Shown here: in pieces, positions 36,808 through 46,081 of the stretch
Position numbering within the stretch: the first letter of the stretch is position 1
Layout of the letters: each line of letters begins with the position of its first letter
DNA from: Octopus bimaculoides
Taxonomy: Eukaryota
DNA length: 46,081 nt
Assembly: GCF_001194135.2 (NCBI RefSeq)
Contig: NC_068997.1
Location: forward strand, 33,711,554-33,757,634
Reading direction: 5' to 3'
Translations under genes and position numbers: made by a program
Notes under the pieces: model-generated
Seen by the model: only the letters and a program-made list of their open reading frames with translations
Databases searched by the model: none
Told to the model about the DNA's origin: nothing

Positions 36808-37947
36808 TTCATCATCATCATCATCATCATTCATGTACATCTGCTAATCTCACCATTACTCAACCCACCACTAGCAATCAACACATACCAATAAGCTATG
36901 TTGCTAGGGAGTATATTTGCTACAGCTACATTGCTGATGCAACAATATCTGCGATTATTTCATTCCATCTTCCACCACTGTTCCGAACAGCCGACCTTCA
37001 TTCCCTCCACTCCTGTCTCATATTGATCCTAGATGCAGACATTACGTCAGTCTGCTAGGTTGCATTTCATGCTCTTTCGCTATTGCAGACTGCTGCACCG
37101 TCCTTTGGCCTCTTATATAAAATTCATCACTTTACAGAGCTGTTGGTGCAGCCTTTTCCATGCAAGTTCGGCTCCTGCTGGCGTCCGAATGCATTTCTTT
37201 GAATGTATATATTGGATATATATCAAAACAGGTTAAAATTGTTAGGTAAATTTCTTTAATATTTGTTGCATATTATTTCATCCGATATATTGCCTGCAAC
37301 ACGCTGAAGTTCTGGAATGTGGGGATGAAGGGCAAATAAATACTATAAACAGGACGCTTGGAAGATGTGCAGTGTTTAATTAAATGGCTCTTTTAATTGC
37401 TTCAAAGCGAGTGTGTTGCATTTGTTAGTTTGGATTGGGAAGAAAGACGGCAGTTGTATTATGTAAAATCCATTCTCTAAGTACAGTACTGCTATTATAC
37501 ACAATATTAAATAATTAAAAAATTCAATGGAAATTTTACAACAGTCTTATTTCATGTAGAAAGTGGACATCAACGAAAAAGTTTGCTCATATACTTTCTT
37601 ATTTGAAGTATTAAAGTTAGTCCAAAGAAGGAACAGACGATAGAAAAGTGAGTTGCTGAAGAATGTTCATGAAGATCTGCATGTAATATTTGATGCAGTG
37701 TAAAGAGGAGAAGCCAGTCCAGTTATTGAGATGCTGGGAAGAGAGCGTAACAGAATAGGTAGAGAGCAGCTAAAAGTTTCTTCAGAACATTATATTGTAG
37801 TGACGCTTGGAGAGCGGAGGGAGAAAACAGTAGAATGGCGCTTAAAAACTTTCAGTAAGAGAAAGTTTATCGCTTGGGTAAATGAATTGTCCCGCACATG
37901 GTCAAAGACAAAATTTTTTAGCAATCTTTTTTAATAACATAACCTCT

Positions 37948-38280
37948 AAGTTAAAAACAATGTGTTTAGAGGTTAGATACTCTCGCTACTGGTAAACATT
38001 AATCAGTGAAACGAAAGAGGAACTTAGATGTATAGCGCAATGTAGTTTGGTTTGGAGCAAGTGTCTCACAGATCCTGCTGACAGTAATTCTGTCTCAAAA
38101 CATTATTCAAACCAGTTGATATTTCACACGATTAATTCTTCCGTCTACTCTGTCACAAAACCACATCGCAATATCATAAAATGTTTAGCTTTCACATGAT
38201 TCAATTTGAAAGTTCCTTTTGTAGGATGTTAGGAAACATAGGGGAGACACGAACCCATACATGAGAATATGAGAAGTTCC
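37948..38280 (+). repeat. ~330-bp direct repeat, copy 1
   Basis: Aligns to 40267-40610 (e.g. TCTTCCGTCTACTCTGT..ACCACATCGCAATATC.TAAAATGTTTAGCTTTCA). Confidence 0.88.
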
Positions 38281-39263
38281 TCAACTGGGAGGACAAGGTA
38301 AGAAGGCAGTTATCTTTTGTAAATAATGTAATTCTTGGTTTTAAAGAGAAAACTAAGACATGCTGGCGTAATTTTAGTAAAGCTAAAAATTGGAGACATT
38401 TAGGAGAGACCAGATAAATTAACCAGTCGTTTGGCGGAGATGCCAGATAAACTGACTAGTAGGATGGCGGGGCTAAGATTAATAACCAATCTCACTGAAA
38501 CCGTACCCTAATATCTTAGAAAAGGATACGTTGTATTATATGGGCCTGTATTCCATGCATGCAAGTAAAAAACGGGATGGTCATGGCTGAAATGTCTTTA
38601 ATAATAGGTATGTTCAGTGAGAACTAATTGAGACAAAACAACAGCAACAACAACAACTGAGAGGGAAACAAGAACGAAGAGATGTGAGAGAGAAGTAAAA
38701 GAGAAACAACAAAAAGGGGAGGAGAGAGAGAGAGAGAAATGAAAAAGAAAGAAGAAAATAAATGAATGAAAATAAACGTATGAACATAAAGTGACATACA
38801 CTGACACATACAGTGAGAAAAGAGAGATATGTACACATAAATAGTCAGACAGACATAATAGATCGATAGATAGTGAGATGAACAAATAGACAGACGGACT
38901 GGCAGGAAGATGGAGAGATTGATAATAAAATAGCCAAAATGAAAGCTAGAAAGATTGGTGATTACTCACACGAACCCAATGCATACAAATACATATTGAT
39001 AGACAGAGATAGGTAGATAAATAGAAAGTATATTTTGAGCTTAGCCAAAATACCAATAAGCGATAATAAAATAATAGATAATTACCAGCAAATAGATAGA
39101 AAAAACCAGAAAGATAGTCATATGCTAAATAGGCAAACACTACATAATCACACACACACACGCACAACACGCGCAAACACACACACACACACACGCACTC
39201 TCTCTCTTTCACATACACACGTACACACACACACACGTACACACACACACGTACACACACACA

Positions 39264-39305
<42 letters not shown>

Positions 39306-39424
39306 TAAACAGCTACACGTCATTACACTGTTTTATTTGTGCGGACACGACCTGCTGCTTCCAACTTTTTAATGTATTATTATCATTGTTCATTACGGAT
39401 TACAACTGTTTATAGCAACTAGTC

Positions 39425-39730
39425 ATGCCGCGAATATCAGACGCAAAAGAGTCGTCTGATTTTCAAAGCGGACGTACAGTAGGTCAATCTAGGGTGGACT
39501 TAGCCAGCGCAAGATTACACAAAACCTTGGGATTCCTCTTTGCCGCAGTCAACAGAGTGATTGTGCAATTCACCAGCAAAGGAAAGGAATCAACAGCATC
39601 CCGCTCAGGCCGACCTGGGCCCCTCTCACAGATATCTTTGGGCTGTCAAACATTGTTGAAAGTAATCCCCGTTGTAAGGCAGCTGATGTTGCCGAGCAAC
39701 CCCAAATGGGTTGGAGTACTTCTGTGAGGT
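39425..39730 (+). mobile_element. Tc1-like transposase N-terminal (HTH) fragment
   Basis: MPR..KESSDFQSGRTVG....LG...AVNRVIVQF...G..STASRSGRP, the typical Tc1 N-terminus (KELSDFxRGRIVG..RSGRP). No DDE domain or TIRs were found. Confidence 0.75.
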
Positions 39731-39901
39731 GGTTATTTCCTATATATATATATAATATATAATATATATATATGTATATAAATATTTTGCCAGTGTCAGA
39801 ATTCAGTATACATATGCTTCAGAATAAAGTGTTAGTCGAGTAAAAAGCGTTAAGTGAAGTTAAATAAGTGACAAGGGAACAGGAAATACGTAAACCTCTT
39901 C

Positions 39902-39982
39902 ATTAGCTTACAATGAATTCTGCACTGTATCTTATGATTGCTTCAATTACAAGGTACAGTGCAAAATTCATTGTAAGCTAAT
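39902..39982. other. 81-nt near-perfect hairpin (pre-miRNA-like or minimal MITE)
   Basis: ATTAGCTTACAATGAATTCTGCACTGTATCTT / AAGGTACAGTGCAAAATTCATTGTAAGCTAAT: 32-bp arms with two differences, plus an inner TGATTG/CAATTA stem and CTT loop. Confidence 0.85.
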
Positions 39983-40056
39983 TAAGTGGTTTACGTAATA
40001 TGTAAGCTAAAAAAGTTGGTTACGTAGTTCCTATTTCTTTGTCATCTATTCAATTT

Positions 40057-40111
<55 letters not shown>

Positions 40112-40146
40112 GTCTATCTGTCTGTCTACCTGTCTGCCTGTCTCTC

Positions 40147-40193
<47 letters not shown>

Positions 40194-40203
40194 NNNNNNN
40201 NNN

Positions 40204-40235
<32 letters not shown>

Positions 40236-40266
40236 GAATACTCACACACATACACACACATATTTG

Positions 40267-40610
40267 TAAGTTAAAAATAATTTTGTTTTTGAATTTAGAT
40301 ACTCTTGCTACTGTTAAACGTTGACCTGTGAAATGAAAGAGGAAATTAAATGTATAGCATAATGTAGTTTGGTTTGAGCGGGTGTCTAACAAATCCAGCA
40401 CATCCAGATGACGGCAATTCTGTCTCAAAACATCATTCAAAACATCTAATATTTCATGCCAGTTAAATCTTCCGTCTACTCTGTGACAGAACCACATCGC
40501 AATATCGTAAAATGTTTAGCTTTCAAGGGATTCAGTTTGAAAGTTCCTACTGTAGTATGCTAGTAGATATAAGGGAGACATGAGCCCATATAAGAGAACA
40601 TGAGAAATAT
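40267..40610 (+). repeat. ~330-bp direct repeat, copy 2
   Basis: Aligns to 37948-38280. Confidence 0.88.
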
Positions 40611-40614
40611 CCAT

Positions 40615-41100
40615 ATCAGCTGGTCTACAGAATTCTCTGTCTAGATATGATCTGGTTGGCTACACTGACACATTGAAAAAAAGTAGTTAGTGGCAGCCAG
40701 TTGGAAACGGCCGAGCAAGTTTGTGAAGCATTTGCACTGCTCTCCTATCAGCTAATTGCATACAGTCCAAACGTGCATCGAAAATGGTGTTCTAGTCGCG
40801 CACGGGACATTCAGAGGAAAACATCCAGGCGCCTGAGGAAATCTAGCTTTTCCACCCCTGAGGGGAGCAGACATCTGCAATTGTGAAGGCACTCTCTTCG
40901 CTACTGTCCATGTCCAGGACTATTAACTTACCCTCCGGCTCCAGGAAGACAAGCTGTATCTCAAGATCCAGACCTTTTCGAAGCAACACCGCCTCCATTC
41001 AAGATCAAAAATAGGAGCCAAAACGTGCACGTTGGAAATCCTGGTTTCACTGATAGCCATCACATCCATAGCTAGAGTGATCTGAGGTCGTTCAGCAGAT
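40615..41100 (-). mobile_element. Tx1/L1-like APE endonuclease fragment
   Basis: LLNDLRSL..MDVMAISETRI..GLDLEIQLVFLEPEGKLIVLDM..RSYLDR; homologous to 20940-21580. Confidence 0.8.
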
Positions 41101-41134
41101 ATTCCTGCATCCTTGTAGTACTATTAGTAATAAC

Positions 41135-41768
41135 AATTGTCTCAAATTTTGGCACAAGGCCTGTAATTTTATAAGGAGACGGTGAATCGATTGTAGTGAT
41201 CTAAGTGCACAACAGGTACTCATTTCATCGACCGCGAAAGGATGAAAGGTAATGTCGATCTTGGTGAAATTTAAATGCAAAGAACTGCAACTAATGTCAC
41301 TAAGCATTTTATCCGACCAACGATTCTGCCAATACATCACTGTTGATAGTGTCTTCTGATTTAGTTGTCGGGATTGCAATTTTGAAGGGAAAGTGTTCAG
41401 TTGGTACGGTCGACTCCAGTACTTGATTAGAACTTTATTTTATCGAATCCCGAAATGATGGAAGGCTAATTTGACATCGGAAGGAATCGAGATGGAAGGG
41501 GACTGAACAAATACTACAAGGTATTTTTGTTCGACACTTTGAAGACTCTGCCAGTTCACCGCTCTTGGTTTCTGATTTAGGCACAAGGATAGCAATTTTG
41601 AGGAACGGCGGTTATTCGATATCACTGGTGCTAGTACTTGACTGATATATTATTTTTATCCACCCTGCCCCCGAAAGAATGAAAGGCAAAGTTGAACTCA
41701 GCGGGATTTGAACTCAGAATTTAAGGAGGCATAACAAATACCGCAAGCCTTAACGATTCTGCCAACTT
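41135..41768 (-). mobile_element. Three old, diverged family-A SINEs head-to-tail
   Basis: Three recurrences of GGCACAAGG/GAAAGGATGAAAGG/ACGATTCTGCCA-like segments (41135-41335, 41360-41562, 41563-41768). Confidence 0.8.
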
Positions 41769-41999
41769 AAAACTAATATAATAAAAAAAGTGATATGTAA
41801 AAGAATCGATCCGGCATGAAAGAAAAAAAAATACAACAATAACAAAAAGAAACCTATCACATTCTAGAAGTAAAAATGAAACTAAAATATATCATAACAG
41901 TAATAGTACCTATAAGGCACTAGGAAAACGAACGTGTTTGCAGTTGAATAGGCATTTGAATAAAATACCGAAACATTGTACAGGACCATTAGCCCTTTT

Positions 42000-43150
42000 A
42001 CAGCGGAAATCAGATTTATCCACTCAAAATTTTATTACTCTTAACTGTGGAAGGCAGTTTTATATACCAGTATATCTTTTGTTGAGGAATGTCATGTTTG
42101 AAACTATTTTTTGTTGAGATATTACATTGAAGGACACATTAACATCGAAACTCAAGCATTCAACGAAACGTGGAACAAACACCTTCTATACAACAAAGAA
42201 TGACAATGGATTAGAAGGGAAAAGGAAAATATGTTTATCTAATAGCACAGAAAGCATTGGCCCACCATAGCCAGCAAGGGACTCACAGACACATGAAGAA
42301 CTGAAAGTAACTGGGAAGTCCCTGGGAGTAACAGATTCCCCAGTTTCTAACTGAAATATTTAACCAGTTCCCATGGGTATACAGTGGCAGCATTCAATGA
42401 AATGGAAAGAAGACCAGAATTAAAATCTAATTAGATGCTGGAGGTAGGGGAATGACATTTCCGAAAATGAAAATATTAGAAACCCAAAAGGCTATAGACC
42501 CTATAACTTGTTTGCCAACAACATATAAAGCCCTTATACCAAAATTGGACATCAAGCTGTTAGGAAGAGACATAGAGGAGGCATATTAGATAAAACAAAG
42601 AACATTTAATTAGACACAAGACACCGAAATCAGAGAAGTCGAGCAGAAATAGTGAAATAGTTAGGATTAGATGAAACTGATAACGTACAGCGCAAAGATA
42701 CGAAGAAAATTAAGAAAAAAAGTGGTGTAAAAGGTCAGACTAATATTAAAACTGAAGAACTGCTAAGATAACAGGTATAATTGGGTTAACCATTTTAGCT
42801 ATAAACTTTAATTTCAACATGATAAACTGGAAGTTAAGTGAATCGAGTAGGCAGAAATACAAGTAAACTAACAACGTTTCGAAGCCACCGCCCCAAAGCT
42901 GACATAGACAGAATATACATACCCTACAAAGAAAAGGGATGAGATCTGATTATACACAATGCAAAACATCAGTGGTGGAGCTAGGAAATAATTAGAATCG
43001 AATACATTAGTTAGTATGGAAGCATTAAAAACTCCCAACACAAAAGTAAATTAAAAGTGTTTTCTCTGTGGAAGGAAACAATGAAATAAACAGTGGAAAC
43101 AAATTATATCGATGAAAAAGGTTTAGATAAGAATAAAAGCAGAAAATGTT
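42000..43150 (+). mobile_element. Decayed R4/Dong-like LINE RT region
   Basis: WKSPG.. (42315), NPKGYRP/ITCLPTTYKAL (42480-42535), LGLDE, INWKLSE, HRPKADIDRIYIPYKEKG (cf. HHPKADVDRLYxPRKxGGRG). The QGDSLS and DDLK motifs were not seen. Confidence 0.78.
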
Positions 43151-43839
43151 TTAAAAGGTACGTTTTTTAGACATATTACCCGCAGTCCTGGGTCAAACGA
43201 AAACCCGAGAGAAGATGCTAGGTATCTAAAATGCCGTTAGCTGCCCAAAGCAGGCAGTGCGATCCGTGGTAATTCCTCGTTAGGAGGAATTTCGGTCTAG
43301 GGTCAATGAATGATTTCGAGAAATCTTTGGCCAGGCAGTGCTACAAGAGGGCATTGCTGACTCGAGTAAAACTCCCTAGACATGGTTCAGCTAGCAGCCG
43401 GCAGCCGGACCTATCTGAGATGCGTGCAGAAAAACGAGATAATTCTGTACGCATTCGTCCAGTATCCAAGCATGGTAGACTTTTAGGTTTATGTCAAACA
43501 CCCGAACACGTGTAGGAGGGATCTAGCTATCAGCTGAGTCCATTGTAAAGATCTTTCCACCCTCCTTTGGCCGGGAAGGGCAGGCAGTGCTTATCAGTCT
43601 GGTGACCATGGCGAAGAAGTGTCGGGAGCGAGACTGAAAGGGTTGAATACAGACACTTCCCTCTTAGGCCAAGTGCTCATCACCTTTTTCAAGTTTCACT
43701 TGAAAAGGAAATTGAAGGTGTAGAGGGAAGTATGGCCTTCCAGTAAATTCGTTGAAAGGTGGTTGAGAGTGGTGAGCATAGTTATGCAAAGAGACCTACT
43801 CTGGACATGCACTTTTAGATTGGAGGAATACTGAATGAG

Positions 43840-44290
43840 GCATCACAACCATATGTGCGCGACGTGGTGATCTTATATTAAAACAAACAGCGCATGACCT
43901 TGCAGGTGGGGCCCTAGTCAAAATTTTCTTCAGTTAGCCCATCCCACTCAAATGGTCCTTGAATAAGGGTTGTTTAAGGATGATGATGAACAAAACACCC
44001 ATGTTTCCAGAGGTGAATTATTCAAACCCCGAAGAATTTCGTCTCAACACATGACTATGATGCTCCCCCACTACTTCTGCTCATGATCAGAGAGGCACAT
44101 ATCGTCAGCCACCAAGGGACATGCTCAACTGGTTAAAGTCAAACAACTGACAAGCAAATCCATGGTATTGAGCAGAATATTTGCTGTAGCCCATCTTTTA
44201 TACCAAGACAAAACAATGTACATGATAACACTTCCAATCAATTTAGATCAGAAGCCATGAGAGCCACTGCCTGGTACTGCATCAGGGCAT
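43840..44290 (+). mobile_element. Truncated second copy of the 19025-19580 element, ending in (ATT)n
   Basis: Reverse complement of 19025-19475; ends ...GTACTGCATCAGGGCAT(ATT)n. Confidence 0.88.
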
Positions 44291-44300
44291 ATTATTATTA

Positions 44301-44337
<37 letters not shown>

Positions 44338-44341
<4 letters not shown>

Positions 44342-44677
44342 TCCTTCTTAGTGAAGGCGGAGGTATTGTTTTCAGTCGTGTTTGTTTGTTTGTCCGTGGA
44401 CAAGATAACTCAAGAACCGCGGGACGTTTGGCCTCATGACTGGCAAAAACCGATTAAATTTTGAGATCGATGCGGTACGGGACAAAGATTCCGGATTATA
44501 TTTCCTGTTTTATTTTTTTAAACTTAACTTTTGAGAGCGGTCGGGTTCACTTTTAGTGTTCTCGTTTGTGAGAGCAGTGGAGTTTATTTCAGGTATTCGC
44601 ATTTTAAAAATCACCTCCGGCTAATCGTTGAGAGGATGTTGGTGTTGCCTTGGCGGAGGTTTGCGTTCTCTGAGTGC

Positions 44678-44678
<1 letters not shown>
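44338..44678 (+). mobile_element. Helentron-associated non-autonomous element (HINE/DINE-1-like)
   Basis: 5' palindrome TACCTCCttcTTAGTGAAGGCGGAGGT, (GTTT)n, 3' subterminal repeat GGCGGAGGT (44652-44660) and 3' stem-loop GCGTTC-TCT-GAGTGC; inserted in a T-rich microsatellite. Confidence 0.8.
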
Positions 44679-44774
<96 letters not shown>

Positions 44775-44802
44775 GTTGTTGTTGTTATTATTATTATTAT
44801 TA

Positions 44803-45330
44803 TAGACGTAGCACAGTATCCAATAACGTGAGGTTGTTGATTAAAGATATTGTATCTACCTGGGGTTTGTACTGTTTGTCAAGTCACAACAAGGACCTCA
44901 GACAGTATTTTACGCAATATGCGTACAGTTCCGAATAATGCCGACTTTTGCAATACATCTAGATTGTAGGGTATCTCTAAGGTTTTCAGATGTTTTTTCA
45001 GACTGGGTGGCATTGAACCTAACGCTCTGATGACAATAGGGATAACCTTTATGTTCGACTCTCGTAACTGCCAATTCTTAGCGATCTCAATTCTCAAGTC
45101 TCCGTATTTATCAACTTTTTCTCTTTCTTTCATGACGATATGTTAATCTCCTGGCACTGATCTTTACAACCATAGGACCCACATTTACATCCTTTTTGCT
45201 CATCAGGGAATATGCCACTTTCCATTAAAAAACTATAGGTATACTCGGTCAAGACAGATGTTAGCATTTTATACATTGTTGCTAAACAGGTTATGGGTCC
45301 ATAATTTTTTGGTTCACTTGTTTCTTCATC
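44803..45330 (-). mobile_element. R4/Dong-like LINE fragment with the RT N-terminus fused to the RLE domain, (TAA)n at both ends
   Basis: EPKNYGPITCLATMYKMLT..EQKGCKCGSYGCKDQ joined to VPG..KEREKVDKYGDLRIEIAKNW..VIPIVIRALG..LQKSALFGTVRILRKIL. Confidence 0.9.
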
Positions 45331-45331
45331 A

Positions 45332-45406
<75 letters not shown>

Positions 45407-45407
45407 T

Positions 45408-45830
45408 AAGACGTCGCACAGTATCCAATATCGTGATGTTGTTGATTGAAGATATTGTGTCTACCGGGGGTTTGTACTGTCTGTCAAGTCACAACAAAGA
45501 ACTCAGACAGACAGTACTTTACGCAATAATAGTACAGTTCCAAGTAATGCCAATTTTTGCAATGCAACTAGATTGTAGGGTATTTCTAAAGTTTCCAGAT
45601 GTTTCTTCAGTTGGACGGTATTGAACCCAATGCTCCGATGATAATAGGGACGACCTTTATGTTTGACTCACGTAACTGTCACATCTTAGCGATCTCAATT
45701 CTCAGGTCTCCATATTTATCAATCTTTTCTCTTTCTTTCATGATAATATGTTGACCTCCAGGCACTGACACGTCGATTATTAGGGACTTTTGTTTGTCCC
45801 TACTACATAGGGTCTACAGGGTTATCGCTC
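45408..45830 (-). mobile_element. Second R4/Dong-like 3' fragment of the same family, (TAA)n tail
   Basis: KSLIIDVSVPGGQHIIMKEREKIDKYGDLRIEIAK (RLE motif region); 3' UTR closely similar to 44803-44900. Confidence 0.88.
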
Positions 45831-46081
45831 AGACGTAGATGCACTCTGCACCGCCAGCAGATTGCACACCCAGAATACCGAATGATACCTTTTAGTGATC
45901 ATATTGAAAAATGCGCAAAACAAATGCTACCACAATTTATAATCTTTCCTTTTTATCAATGTACCATTAAAACACCAACACAGATTAGATTAAATAAGGA
46001 AACTTTTTTCATTCAAAAATACAAACCCAAACTTAACCATTGCTAACACATTTAAATAAGGAAATTCATCACCCCACTGGG

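Noticed and set aside
30444-36840. Long ORFs in the track spanning N-runs (also 2572-3487, 9190-9953, 13293-14015)
   Set aside because: Their length comes from X residues over assembly gaps plus microsatellite translations; they carry no coding evidence.
38225-38297. Possible 73-nt exon ending AAG|GTAAGA
   Set aside because: Stops in all frames and it overlaps a repeat copy.
37948-40610. LTR retrotransposon bounded by the direct repeats
   Set aside because: No TG..CA termini, PBS, PPT or gag/pol remnants.
43255-43330. HDV-like ribozyme around TTCCTCGTT
   Set aside because: No compatible P1/P2 pairing could be built.

Overview
AT-rich, microsatellite-saturated eukaryotic DNA, about 10% assembly gaps (10 N-runs, ~4.55 kb: 2683-3414, 9234-9859, 13307-13906, 14467-14619, 23733-23841, 30676-31565, 32370-32976, 34410-34934, 36429-36730, 40194-40203). 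The tRNA-headed SINE families and the LINE mix look like an Octopus-type cephalopod genome; this is inferred from recalled repeat families, not a database result. There is no intact multi-exon gene, rRNA, tRNA gene or CRISPR array, and nearly all long ORFs in the track are gap or microsatellite artefacts. The window is a transposon graveyard: RLE-type (R4/Dong-like) LINEs, Tx1/L1-like LINEs, a CR1-like LINE, an RTE-like 5' end, mariner, Tc1 and hAT relics, two non-autonomous rolling-circle (Helitron/Helentron-type) elements, at least 16 SINE copies and several fold-back elements. Most notable: (1) two stacks of unrelated elements joined through (TAA/TTA)n microsatellites; (2) several elements that have lost their catalytic core while keeping flanking domains, one with a visible 4-nt microhomology junction; (3) an 81-nt near-perfect hairpin and larger fold-backs; (4) a candidate 27-nt symmetric microexon and a 58-nt exon or recursive-splice-like unit on the + strand, suggesting the window may lie in long introns of a host gene. 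No clearly novel protein-coding system can be supported.
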